A stretch of 32,000 nucleotides of DNA from Candidatus Arthromitus sp. SFB-rat-Yit. GTDB taxonomy: Bacteria; Bacillota; Clostridia; Clostridiales; Clostridiaceae. A program made the position numbers and the translations under genes. Positions 1 through 8,966 of the stretch are shown here, one piece after another. Position 1 is the stretch's first letter, and the number at the start of each line of letters is the position of its first letter. The stretch spans positions 630,001 to 662,000 of the forward strand of contig NC_016012.1 in assembly GCF_000283555.1 (NCBI RefSeq), in the 5' to 3' direction. A model generated the notes under the pieces. It was not told the DNA's origin, did no database searches, and worked only from the letters and a program-made list of their open reading frames with translations.

Positions 1-269
1 AAAATCCTGAGATAATTTTAGCTGATGAACCTGTTGCAGCTTTGGATCCGATTACAGCTAGAAAAGTTATGGAAGATTTTAAGAAGATAAATAAAGAGAT
101 GGATATTTCAATTTTGATTAATATCCACCATGTTGAACTTGCACTTAATTATGCAGATAGAATTGTGGGAATTAGAGATGGGAAAATAGTTTATGATGGA
201 CCTTCATCTGATGTGACAGAAGAAATATTAGAGAATATTTACAAAGGCAAGGTGGAGGTGGTTGCGTGA
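1..269 (+). CDS. phnC: Phosphonate-type ABC transporter ATP-binding protein (PhnC family). This is a C-terminal fragment; the 5' end is outside the window and the reading frame starts at nt 3.
   Basis: The frame is open from nt 3. It reads NPEIILADEPVAALDP (Walker B/D-loop), then INIHHVELALNYADRIVGIRDGKIVYDG (H-loop and a PhnC-like C-terminus). The stop TGA at 267-269 overlaps the GTG of the next gene (GTGA). Two PhnE-type permeases follow. Confidence 0.85.
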   Translation, partial: NPEIILADEPVAALDPITARKVMEDFKKINKEMDISILINIHHVELALNYADRIVGIRDGKIVYDGPSSDVTEEILENIYKGKVEVVA

Positions 270-1087
270 ATATCTACGATAAGATATTTAGACCAAGGGT
301 TATAGAACTTGGAAATGGCAAACAAGTTGTAGAAAAAAGATCTATGGTACCACTTTTAATTTTAATTTTTATTATTGCAGTTATAGTATCTATGGGAATT
401 ACTGGATTTAATTTCAATACATTAATTAGGCGTGGTGGAAATTTCTTTGATATTATAAAACAAATGTTCCCGCCAAATTTTGAGTACATAAATAAAATAT
501 GGAAACCACTTTTTGATACGATAAAAATGTCTTTTTTGGGATCTATTATAGGTGCTTTGGCTGTCGTACCCTTTTCTGTAGTGGCGTCAAGCAACATAAT
601 AAAAAATAAATTCATTGTATCTATAATGAGATTTTTACTGAGCATAATAAGAACGCTTCCAACATTAGTTATAGCACTTATTGCAACATATATTTTTGGT
701 CTTGGGACTTTTGCGGGTACTGTTGCTATTGCTATATTTACTTTTGGATATGTTGGAAAGAAACTTTATGAGCAAATAGAAACTGTTGATATGGGAGCTT
801 ATGAGGCAATTCAGGCATTAGGAGCAAGTAAGGTACGAGCATTTTCAAGTGCTATTGTCCCGCAGGTTTTGCCTACGTATATTGCTACAAGTTTATTTTG
901 TTTTGAAGGTAATGTTAGGCATGCGGCTATATTAGGTTATGTCGGTGCTGGAGGAATTGGTTTAATTTTAAATGAGAACTTGGGCTGGAGAGAGTATTCA
1001 AGTGTTGGAATGATACTTATATCTTTATTTGTAGCTGTAGTTTTAATTGAATTGCTAAGTCATTATCTTAGGAAGAAATTAACTTAG
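266..1087 (+). CDS. phnE: Phosphonate ABC transporter permease (PhnE family), copy 1
   Basis: The 273-aa product is a polytopic membrane protein. It carries the EAA-loop-type motif YEAIQALGASKVRAFSSAIVPQVLP seen in PhnE-type permeases. A GGAGGTGG Shine-Dalgarno lies just upstream of the GTG at 266, and the gene is translationally coupled to phnC. Confidence 0.85.
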   Translation: MNIYDKIFRPRVIELGNGKQVVEKRSMVPLLILIFIIAVIVSMGITGFNFNTLIRRGGNFFDIIKQMFPPNFEYINKIWKPLFDTIKMSFLGSIIGALAVVPFSVVASSNIIKNKFIVSIMRFLLSIIRTLPTLVIALIATYIFGLGTFAGTVAIAIFTFGYVGKKLYEQIETVDMGAYEAIQALGASKVRAFSSAIVPQVLPTYIATSLFCFEGNVRHAAILGYVGAGGIGLILNENLGWREYSSVGMILISLFVAVVLIELLSHYLRKKLT

Positions 1088-1101
1088 GAGGAGTAATATC
1101 T

Positions 1102-1908
1102 ATGAGTGAAATAGTTTTAAGACAGTACGAGAAAGAACCACGTAAATTTTTATGGAAAATAATTACGGCTTTGGTTTGTGTCTTTTTTATTGTCTTGTCA
1201 AGCAGTACTATAAATTTAGATGGTATATCAAAAAATGGTATTCAAATAGCTAAGAATATTTTTCTTGGGATATTTAATCCGGATACCGAATTACTATTTA
1301 ATTTTGTTGATGGAGTACCTTACCTTTTGCTTGAAACAATGTGTATTGCCTTTCTTGGTACACTTGTTGGTGCAATTCTTGCTATACCAATTTCATTTAT
1401 GTCAGCAACAAATATTGTTCCTAAGCCAATAAGTGTTATCGGAAGATTTATAATAATGTCAATTCGTACAGTTCCATCAATTGTTTATGCTTTGATGTTC
1501 ATAAGAGTGACGGGTCCTGGAGCTTTTGCTGGACTTCTTACGATGTCGCTGTCATCTATTGGAATGATATCTAAAATGTATATTGAATCTATAGAAGATT
1601 TGGATACGAAGATTTTGGAATCTTTAGATGCTTGTGGATGTAATTTCTTTCAAAAAATACGTTATGGAATACTTCCTCAGCTTTTTCCAGATTTCATTTC
1701 AACAGTTATATATCGATTCGATATGAATTTGAGAGATGCAAGTATACTTGGGATAGTAGGAGCGGGAGGAATAGGGGCTCCATTAATATTCTCTATGAAT
1801 GCTTATAGATGGAGTCAGGTTGGATCAATTATAATAGGACTTATAGTTCTTGTGCTTATTATAGAATTTATTTCGACTAGAATAAGAGTAAAGCTAGCTA
1901 GGGGGTAG
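1102..1908 (+). CDS. phnE: Phosphonate ABC transporter permease (PhnE family), copy 2
   Basis: The 268-aa product is a polytopic membrane protein. It has the EAA-loop-like motif LESLDACGCNFFQKIRYGILPQLFP and the motif ILGIVGAGGIGAPL shared with copy 1. An AGGAGG Shine-Dalgarno lies upstream of the ATG at 1102. Confidence 0.85.
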   Translation: MSEIVLRQYEKEPRKFLWKIITALVCVFFIVLSSSTINLDGISKNGIQIAKNIFLGIFNPDTELLFNFVDGVPYLLLETMCIAFLGTLVGAILAIPISFMSATNIVPKPISVIGRFIIMSIRTVPSIVYALMFIRVTGPGAFAGLLTMSLSSIGMISKMYIESIEDLDTKILESLDACGCNFFQKIRYGILPQLFPDFISTVIYRFDMNLRDASILGIVGAGGIGAPLIFSMNAYRWSQVGSIIIGLIVLVLIIEFISTRIRVKLARG

Positions 1909-1911
1909 ACA

Positions 1912-3393
1912 ATGAATAAAAATTTGAGAATAATTTTTACATCTGATATTCATGGTTATTTTTTTAATACTGATTATATGGATAGAGAAATTAAACCTCA
2001 AGGATTGCTACATTTGGCAACGAGATATAATAAAGATGATGAAACTTTAATTATTGATGGGGGCGATATGCTTCAAGGATCGCCATTTACATATTTTAGC
2101 AAATTGAGAAATTCACCTGATAGAATTGCACGCATCATGAACAAAGTTGGATATGATTTTGTAACTATAGGAAATCATGATTTTAATTATGGATATGAAT
2201 ATTTTAAAAAATATTTGGAACATTTAGATGCTGAATGTGTTTGTGAGAATTGTCTTAATGAAGATGGCAATCCTATATATCCGTATAAAATAGTTACAAT
2301 GAAAAATGGACTCAAGGTTGGGATTGTAGGATGTGTAACTGAATTTGTAAATCTATGGGAAAATCCAAAGAATTTGGGTGGAGTTTCGATTGGGAATATA
2401 ATTGAAAATTTAAAGAGAGCCTATGAACAAATGAAAGACAAGGTTGATATAACTATCTGTGTATATCACGGCGGATTTGAATGCGATATTGATACGAAAA
2501 AAATAATTGAAACAAGTGGAGAAAATGTTGGTTTTAAAATTTGTAATGAATTGAACTTTGATATACTATTGACGGGACATCAACACGTTGGGATTGAGGG
2601 AAGATACTTGAATAACACTTACATAGTACAAAATTTATTCAATGCCATGAGCTTTCACGATATAAAAATAACAAGAAATAATGGTGAAAATATTATTAAT
2701 TCTGAAATGATATTTGCAAAAGATATACCATTTTCTAACGAGATGTTACCATTTAATGAAGAGAATGAAGAAGTTCAAGACCTTATAGATGATTTTGTTG
2801 GTGAATTAGATGAAGAACTACTTCCGGATACTCATTTAAATATGGCAATTAATGGAAGTAAACTTGCTGACTTCATAAATAAAATTCAGATAGAATATAC
2901 AGGGGCTGATATTTCTTCCACAAGTTTTGCAAATAGAATTTCTGGACTTCCAAAGAAGGTTAGAATAAGGGACATTTTGCTCACGTATCCATTTTCAAAT
3001 ACTTTAGTTGTTCTTGAAATAAATGGAAAGAATTTAAAGAAAGTTCTTGAGAGAAGTGCTGAATATTTTGATGTAAAAGATGGGGAAGTTATTATCTCTG
3101 AAAAATTTTTAAAACCTAAAATTGAACATTATAATTATGATTACTATATGGGCGTTGATTATAAAATCAATTATGGCGGAGCTATTGGTAATCGAGTTTA
3201 TGATATCAAAGTAAAAGGTAAAGAAGTGTCGGACAATGATATTTTTACAATTTGTTTGAACAGTTACAGAGCAAAAGGAACTGGTGGATATTTTACATAT
3301 AATGATTGTAAAGTTGTGAAAAAATATGATGAAGAAATGTTTGAAATATTAATGGAATATATCAAAAATTTTCACGAACATAAAAATAAATAA
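1912..3393 (+). CDS. Bifunctional metallophosphoesterase / 5'-nucleotidase-family protein; no N-terminal signal peptide is apparent
   Basis: Calcineurin-like phosphoesterase motifs are present in order: SDIHGY, DGGDMLQGSP, GNHDFNYG, VYHGG, GHQH. A C-terminal 5'-nucleotidase substrate-binding-type region follows (ILLTYPFSNTLVVLEINGKNLKKVLE ... NSYRAKGTGGY). The start lies 3 nt after the phnE stop, so the genes are translationally coupled. Confidence 0.8.
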   Translation: MNKNLRIIFTSDIHGYFFNTDYMDREIKPQGLLHLATRYNKDDETLIIDGGDMLQGSPFTYFSKLRNSPDRIARIMNKVGYDFVTIGNHDFNYGYEYFKKYLEHLDAECVCENCLNEDGNPIYPYKIVTMKNGLKVGIVGCVTEFVNLWENPKNLGGVSIGNIIENLKRAYEQMKDKVDITICVYHGGFECDIDTKKIIETSGENVGFKICNELNFDILLTGHQHVGIEGRYLNNTYIVQNLFNAMSFHDIKITRNNGENIINSEMIFAKDIPFSNEMLPFNEENEEVQDLIDDFVGELDEELLPDTHLNMAINGSKLADFINKIQIEYTGADISSTSFANRISGLPKKVRIRDILLTYPFSNTLVVLEINGKNLKKVLERSAEYFDVKDGEVIISEKFLKPKIEHYNYDYYMGVDYKINYGGAIGNRVYDIKVKGKEVSDNDIFTICLNSYRAKGTGGYFTYNDCKVVKKYDEEMFEILMEYIKNFHEHKNK

Positions 3394-3420
3394 ATTATGA
3401 TTAAGCTTGATCAATATATC

Positions 3421-3449
3421 TTGATAAGTAAGTTTATAAAGTGTAATAT
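3421..3449 (+). promoter_or_regulatory. Sigma-A-type promoter candidate for the aldo/keto reductase and DUF871 genes
   Basis: TTGATA (3421-3426), a 17-nt spacer, then TAATAT (3444-3449). It sits about 35 nt upstream of the GGGAGG Shine-Dalgarno and the ATG at 3484. Confidence 0.5.
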
Positions 3450-3483
3450 ATAATTGTCTAATATCTAAAGGGAGGTATACTAA

Positions 3484-4332
3484 ATGATAAGTTCTTTGGG
3501 AGGTAAACGTAAGCTTAATAATGGAATTGAAATTCCTGCATTCGGTTTGGGTGTTTATAAAGTTCAAGATGATGAATGTGCAGCTCTTGTTAGAGATGCA
3601 ATTAAAAATGGATATCGTTTGATTGATACAGCATCATTTTATGATAATGAGATTGGTACAGGTAAAGGTATACATGAAGGAATTAAAGAATCCGGATTAC
3701 AAAGAAAAGATATTTTTGTTACAACGAAAGTTTGGAATGATGGACTTTCTTATGAACAAACTATAGATTCTTTTAACAAAAGTATGGATAAGCTACAACT
3801 TGATTATTTGGATTTATATTTAATACATTGGCCAGGCAATCCATATTCTTTCCAAGAACCGTGGAAGGCTTTGGAGGATTTGTATTCTCAGGGAAAAATT
3901 AAGTCTATTGGTGTTTGTAATTTTAATAAAGAACATTTTGAGGATCTCATGAAATTTGCTAAGGTTAAACCTGTGCTGAATCAGATTGAAATTCATCCAA
4001 AGTTAACTCAAGAAGATTTGAGAAAATATTGCGAAGAACATGATATTTTAGTTCAGGCATGGTCACCTCTTATGAGAGGTAAAATATTTACTGATGATGT
4101 GATTGTGGAACTTTCAGAGAAGTATAGAAAAACTCCAGCACAAATAATTCTTCGTTGGCATTTACAACAAGATATTCTAGTTATATTTAAGTCATCGAAT
4201 ATGGAGAGGGTTATAAGTAACGCTGATATTTTTGATTTTGAAATCGCCCCTGAAGATATTCAAAAAATATCTTCATTAAATGAGAATTTAAGGACTGGAC
4301 CTGACCCAAAAGTTTTTAATTTCGGTAAATAG
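3484..4332 (+). CDS. Aldo/keto reductase (glyoxal / 2,5-diketo-D-gluconate reductase-like, YvgN/YtbE type)
   Basis: The AKR catalytic tetrad context is present: LIDTASFYDNE (Asp, Tyr), FVTTKVWN (Lys), LIHWP (His). The C-terminal region reads AQIILRWHLQQDILVIFKSSN. The 282-aa length is typical for the family. Confidence 0.9.
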   Translation: MISSLGGKRKLNNGIEIPAFGLGVYKVQDDECAALVRDAIKNGYRLIDTASFYDNEIGTGKGIHEGIKESGLQRKDIFVTTKVWNDGLSYEQTIDSFNKSMDKLQLDYLDLYLIHWPGNPYSFQEPWKALEDLYSQGKIKSIGVCNFNKEHFEDLMKFAKVKPVLNQIEIHPKLTQEDLRKYCEEHDILVQAWSPLMRGKIFTDDVIVELSEKYRKTPAQIILRWHLQQDILVIFKSSNMERVISNADIFDFEIAPEDIQKISSLNENLRTGPDPKVFNFGK

Positions 4333-4363
4333 AGTACGAATAATTTAATGGAAGGATATCCTT

Positions 4364-5458
4364 ATGAAGAGATTGGGAATTTCGATTTATCCTGAAAAAA
4401 GTTCGAAAGAAGAAGTGTTAGAGTATATTGATAAGGCAGCTTATTTTGGATTTTCAAGAATGTTTTCTTGTTTACTTTCAGCGGTAGATGATAAGGAAAA
4501 GATAAAGAAAGATTTTAAGGATATAAATAGCTTTGCAAAGTCTAAAGGTTTTGAAGTTATAGTGGATGTTTCTCCGAGTGTTTTTTCTAAACTTGGGATT
4601 ACATATAATGATTTGAGATTTTTTACAGAAATTCAAGCTGATGGTTTTAGATTAGATGAAGGATTTACGGGAAATGAAGAAGCATTAATGACATTTAATG
4701 AGCACGATTTGAAAGTTGAAATCAATGCAAGTATAGATGTTCATACGATAGATATTATTATGGACTATTGCCCAAACAGGTATAATTTGTATGGATGTCA
4801 TAATTTTTATCCTCACGTTTATTCAGGATTAGATTTTGATTATTTCAATAGATGCACAAATCGTTTCAAAAAATATGGATTGAAAACAGCTGCTTTTGTT
4901 ACGAGCCAAAACCGAAATACATTTGGACCATGGCCTGTAACACAAGGATTAGTTACTCTTGAGATGCATAGAGATTTATCATTGATGACGCAAGTTAAAC
5001 ATTATTTATCTATGGAAAATATTGATGATATTATAATTTCTAACTGTTATCCATCTGATAAAGAGTTAGAGCAATTTAAAGATTTAGATCTTAGATTGGT
5101 AACTTTTGGAGTGAATTTAGAAGATGGAGTGCCTGAACTTCAATGTAGAGTGATGTTTGAAGAACTGCATATGAACAGAGGAGATGTTAATTCAAATATG
5201 ATTCGATCTACCCAGACTAGAGTTAAATATAAAGGAAATAATTTTGAATTATTTAACGCACCAGAGATAATTAAACGTGGAGATGTTGTAATAGAGAGTA
5301 GCAAGTATGGTCATTATGCTGGAGAGTTACAAATTGCGAAAAGAGATATGAAAAATACGGGATTTTCAAATGTTGTTGGAAAAGTAACAGAAGAGGAATT
5401 ATTTATATTAGATTATTTAAAACCTTGGCAAAAATTTAAATTAAAAATGAATGAATAA
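4364..5458 (+). CDS. DUF871 family protein (MupG-like 6-phospho-N-acetylmuramidase family)
   Basis: The 364-aa product starts LGISIYPEKSS. It also contains HNFYPHVYSGLDFDYF, GPWPVTQGLVTLEMHR and the C-terminal SKYGHYAGELQI, which match my recollection of the DUF871/MupG family layout. No MurNAc PTS (murP) or etherase (murQ) gene is next to it. Confidence 0.7.
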   Translation: MKRLGISIYPEKSSKEEVLEYIDKAAYFGFSRMFSCLLSAVDDKEKIKKDFKDINSFAKSKGFEVIVDVSPSVFSKLGITYNDLRFFTEIQADGFRLDEGFTGNEEALMTFNEHDLKVEINASIDVHTIDIIMDYCPNRYNLYGCHNFYPHVYSGLDFDYFNRCTNRFKKYGLKTAAFVTSQNRNTFGPWPVTQGLVTLEMHRDLSLMTQVKHYLSMENIDDIIISNCYPSDKELEQFKDLDLRLVTFGVNLEDGVPELQCRVMFEELHMNRGDVNSNMIRSTQTRVKYKGNNFELFNAPEIIKRGDVVIESSKYGHYAGELQIAKRDMKNTGFSNVVGKVTEEELFILDYLKPWQKFKLKMNE

Positions 5459-5471
5459 AGAGAAATGAGTT

Positions 5472-5508
5472 ATAAAGAGCTTAAGATTTTTAATCTTAGG
5501 CTCTTTAT
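5472..5508. terminator. Bidirectional hairpin terminator between the convergent DUF871 gene and fruA
   Basis: A 17-bp stem pairs ATAAAGAGCTTAAGATT (5472-5488) with AATCTTAGGCTCTTTAT (5492-5508). It contains one G-U pair and a 3-nt loop, and it lies between two convergent stop codons. Confidence 0.75.
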
Positions 5509-5511
5509 AGT

Positions 5512-7395
5512 TTATTTATCAGTCATACGATTTTTTGTTAATGCTCCAAGGATTAAAGCTCCAACAATTGATCCAATAAAAATTGAAATTAAATACATTA
5601 CCCAATTACCAACAATTGGAAATACAAAGATTCCTCCATGAGGTGCTCTAAGTGTACAGTCAAATATCATTGTTAATGCACCAGTAACTGCAGCACCTAT
5701 AGCACAAGAAGGTATAACTCTAAGAGGATTAGCTGCTGCAAATGGAATTACTCCTTCTGTTATAAAAGACAATCCCATTATATAGTTAACTTTTCCTGCG
5801 TCAACTTCTTCTTTAGTGAAATTGTTTTTAAAGAAAGTTGTAGCAAGAGCTATTACTAAAGGTGGAACCATTCCACCAGCCATAACTGCAGCCATTACAT
5901 AGAAGTTTCCAGCTTCAATTGATGCGATACCAAATACATATGCCGCTTTGTTAATAGGTCCGCCCATATCTATTGCCATCATAGCAGCAACTATAACTCC
6001 TAATAAAATTTTTGAACTAGTTCCGAGATTTGATAAAAATGAAATAAGACTATTGTTTATAAATGTAATAGGTGGATTGAATACAAATACCATTATGATG
6101 CTGATTAATAAAGTACCAAATAGCGGATATAATAGTACAGGTTTAATTCCTTCAAGTGAGCTTGGTAAAAATGAGAAAACTTTTTTAAGTAAAATAACTA
6201 AATATCCAGCGATAAATCCGGCAATTAATGCTCCTAAAAATCCAGCACCACTATTTTTTGCTAGAATTCCTCCAACAAAACCAATAACCATAGCAGGTCT
6301 ATCAGAGATACCTACGGCGATAAATCCAGCAAGTACTGGTAATAAAAATTCAAATGCTATATTTCCAGTTGATTTAAGAAATGCCGCGAAAGGTGTATTT
6401 GATCCAAAATTTTCTGGATTTATTTCGTAATTATCGAATAAAAAAGCAAGTGCAATTAAAATTCCTCCCGCAACAACAAATGGCAACATATGAGATACGC
6501 CATTCATTAAGCTTTTATATATTTTTCTTCCAGAACTTTCTTCAAATTCTGTATCATTACTTTTAGTGTTTTCGGAATGATAAATAGGAGCATCCCCAGA
6601 AACGGCACGCTTGATTAATTCCTCTGGTTTATGTATTCCATCAGATACTTTTGTTTGTATAACTCTTTTGCCATTAAATCTTGCCATTTCAATTTTCTTG
6701 TCTGCAGCAACTATTATTCCACTACAATTTTCAATTTCTTCTTTTGTTAATGCGTTTTTGATTCCAGAAGATCCATTTGTTTCAACCTTAATGCTAATAC
6801 CCATTTCACGAGCTTTATTTGTTAAAGATTCAGCAGCCATAAAAGTATGAGCTATACCTGTTGGGCATGCAGTGACAGCAAGAACTTTTGGTAAATTTAA
6901 ATCACGATTTAACGCATCATCTTTTTCATCAACAAATTTTTCATTCTCCATTTTGTCTATCAGAGATAAAAAATCTCCAGAAGATTTTGCATTTATAAGA
7001 GAGTTTCGAAATTTTTCATCCATTAACATAGTAGAAAGTCTAGCAAGCACATCTAAATGAATGTTGTTGCCTCCTTCTGGGGCAGCAATCATAAAAAATA
7101 AATGTGCGTTTGAACCATCTAAAGATTCATAATCAATACCATCTTTGCTAACACCGGCAGCAAGACAAGCTTTTTTAACAACTGATGTTTTGGCATGAGG
7201 TATCGCAATGCCTTCACCTATTCCTGTTGTGCTCTGATTTTCACGCTTTAAAATTTCATCTTTATATAATTTTTTATCAGATATGTTTCCGCTTTTTTCA
7301 ATTAAATTGACTAATTCATCAATTACATCTGGTTTATTTTTTGAATTTAGATTTAAATTTATTGAATTTAAATCCAGTAAGTCAATAATTCTCAT
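5512..7395 (-). CDS. fruA: PTS fructose-specific transporter, fused IIA-IIB-IIC components
   Basis: The N-terminal IIA(Fru/Ntr-type) domain contains GIGEGIAIPHAK. The IIB domain contains KVLAVTACPTGIAHTFMAAE (phospho-Cys). A long glycine-rich polytopic IIC domain follows. The gene sits directly downstream of fruK. Confidence 0.93.
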   Translation of the reverse strand: MRIIDLLDLNSINLNLNSKNKPDVIDELVNLIEKSGNISDKKLYKDEILKRENQSTTGIGEGIAIPHAKTSVVKKACLAAGVSKDGIDYESLDGSNAHLFFMIAAPEGGNNIHLDVLARLSTMLMDEKFRNSLINAKSSGDFLSLIDKMENEKFVDEKDDALNRDLNLPKVLAVTACPTGIAHTFMAAESLTNKAREMGISIKVETNGSSGIKNALTKEEIENCSGIIVAADKKIEMARFNGKRVIQTKVSDGIHKPEELIKRAVSGDAPIYHSENTKSNDTEFEESSGRKIYKSLMNGVSHMLPFVVAGGILIALAFLFDNYEINPENFGSNTPFAAFLKSTGNIAFEFLLPVLAGFIAVGISDRPAMVIGFVGGILAKNSGAGFLGALIAGFIAGYLVILLKKVFSFLPSSLEGIKPVLLYPLFGTLLISIIMVFVFNPPITFINNSLISFLSNLGTSSKILLGVIVAAMMAIDMGGPINKAAYVFGIASIEAGNFYVMAAVMAGGMVPPLVIALATTFFKNNFTKEEVDAGKVNYIMGLSFITEGVIPFAAANPLRVIPSCAIGAAVTGALTMIFDCTLRAPHGGIFVFPIVGNWVMYLISIFIGSIVGALILGALTKNRMTDK

Positions 7396-7411
7396 AATTC
7401 CCCCCCAAATT

Positions 7412-8332
7412 TTATAATTTCGTAATTTGTATTTGATTTATCAAAAGATTTATCAAAGATATTTTAGCTAAGTTTTCTGAAAATGCAGTTGCACTTCCAC
7501 TAGCTGCTCCAAGTCTTAAAGCTTGAGCATAATCATTTGTTTTTAAATATCCAGCTATGAATCCAGCAACCATTGAATCTCCAGCTCCAACTGAGTTTTT
7601 CAAAACACCATTAGGTATATTGCTTGAATAAATTTCATCAAATTCGTTTATCAGAATTGCTCCATCTTTTCCTAAAGATATCAGAACATTTGTAGCACCC
7701 ATCTTTTTTAACTTTTTTCCACATTCAATTAAATTTTCCATACTAGGATCAGACAAATTAAATATTTCTGCTACTTCGTGATTATTCGGCTTTATTAAAA
7801 ATGGTTTATACTTAAGTGAATTAAGTAATAAATTTTTTCTGGCATCAACAATCACTTTTATATTTTTGGATTTGAGTCTATCTAGAATATCTTGATAAAA
7901 ATTGTCTGATAGTGAACTTGGTATACTGCCTGACAATATAACAATATCCCCATCGTTAATTGCATCAATTTTATTATTTAAAAGTTGCACATGAGGATCT
8001 GATATTCTGGGACCTAATCCATTAATTTCGGTTTCGCTTTCCCCAATTTTCATTTTAATATTGATGCGTGAAAAATTATTTTCTACGCTTACAAAATCGC
8101 TTGTGATATTATTGCTTTTGAGAGATTCTTCAACAAACTTTCCAGTAAAGCCACTAATGAAACCTAATGCTTTACTTTTAATTTCGAATTCACTTAAAAT
8201 TTTGGATACGTTTATACCTTTTCCACCAACACACACATCATTGGAGTTTACTATATTTACACAATTTTCATTTAATTTATCTAGCTTTATTATGTAATCG
8301 ATAGAAGGATTTAATGTAAAAGTATAAATCAT
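7412..8332 (-). CDS. fruK: 1-phosphofructokinase (PfkB family)
   Basis: The N-terminus MIYTFTLNPSIDY, the motif GGKGINVS and the C-terminal PfkB signature SVGAGDSMVAGF are all present. The gene is 16 nt upstream of fruA. Confidence 0.92.
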   Translation of the reverse strand: MIYTFTLNPSIDYIIKLDKLNENCVNIVNSNDVCVGGKGINVSKILSEFEIKSKALGFISGFTGKFVEESLKSNNITSDFVSVENNFSRINIKMKIGESETEINGLGPRISDPHVQLLNNKIDAINDGDIVILSGSIPSSLSDNFYQDILDRLKSKNIKVIVDARKNLLLNSLKYKPFLIKPNNHEVAEIFNLSDPSMENLIECGKKLKKMGATNVLISLGKDGAILINEFDEIYSSNIPNGVLKNSVGAGDSMVAGFIAGYLKTNDYAQALRLGAASGSATAFSENLAKISLINLLINQIQITKL

Positions 8333-8456
8333 TTTGTTTCAAATGCCTCCTTTAGATAATTTTATAACTTACTCACTTATCGATTATAGTAGGAAATTTA
8401 AAGAAAATAAATATAAACTAATCAATAATTTTATATTTTAATCTCAAGAAGTGCTC

Positions 8457-8470
8457 TGGTATGATATAAT
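8457..8470 (+). promoter_or_regulatory. Candidate -10 region(s) for nusB
   Basis: TGgTATGAT (8457-8465, extended -10 type) overlaps TATAAT (8465-8470). This lies about 50 nt upstream of the nusB ATG. The -35 element is weak. Confidence 0.35.
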
Positions 8471-8516
8471 TAACTTGAAAAGTTTTGAAGATTAGGAGAA
8501 AGTATTTAAAAAAATT

Positions 8517-8966
8517 ATGAGTGGTTATAGAAGTAAATCAAGAGAATTACTTTTACAAATTTTATTTTGTTCAAATTTTAATCAAATTAACCAAAAGTAT
8601 AAGAAATTGATAGATGATTTTGAAGAAGAGTTTATGGAAAATGATTGTGATATTAATATGAAGTTTTTAAATAAAGAGTATTGTTTGAATGTTTTAAATG
8701 GAATAGATCTTCATAGAGATGAAATTGATAATCTTATACAAAATAATTTAAAAAGATGGAAAATAAATAGAATAGCAAAAATAGATCTATCAATTCTTAG
8801 ACTAGCCGTTTATGAAATGTGTTTTGATGGATTGCCTCCAAAAATTGCAATAAACGAGGCATTAAATCTTACAAAAACTTATAGTGTAGAGAAATCAAAG
8901 GGATATATTAATGGAGTTTTGGATTCTATAAAAAAGTCGAGAGAGGATAGCATTAATGAAACTTAA
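8517..8966 (+). CDS. nusB: Transcription antitermination factor NusB
   Basis: The N-terminus reads SRELLLQILF. The C-terminal region IAINEALNLTKTYS..KSKGYINGVLD is typical of NusB. The position ahead of xseA is the conserved one. Confidence 0.9.
   Translation: MSGYRSKSRELLLQILFCSNFNQINQKYKKLIDDFEEEFMENDCDINMKFLNKEYCLNVLNGIDLHRDEIDNLIQNNLKRWKINRIAKIDLSILRLAVYEMCFDGLPPKIAINEALNLTKTYSVEKSKGYINGVLDSIKKSREDSINET

Noticed and set aside
274-645. A 123-aa minus-strand ORF lies inside phnE. Similar antisense ORFs occur at 5948-6430, 6381-7060 and 8061-8297 (opposite fruA/fruK), 9249-9455, 11391-11594, 13120-13555, 14537-14848, 15498-15692, 16787-17002, 18181-18459, 21378-21563, 22364-23071, 23365-23893, 25176-25738, 26383-26589, 29123-29372, 31069-31314 and 31442-31660.
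   Set aside because: Each lies wholly within, and antisense to or out of frame with, a gene that has strong family motifs. Their products are low-complexity Ile/Phe/Ser/Leu-rich strings with no Shine-Dalgarno. They are shadow ORFs of codon-biased AT-rich genes.
3349-3567. A 72-aa minus-strand ORF bridges the 5'-nucleotidase-family gene, the intergenic promoter region and the start of the aldo/keto reductase.
   Set aside because: It overlaps two well-supported genes and a promoter. It has no Shine-Dalgarno and no recognisable motif.
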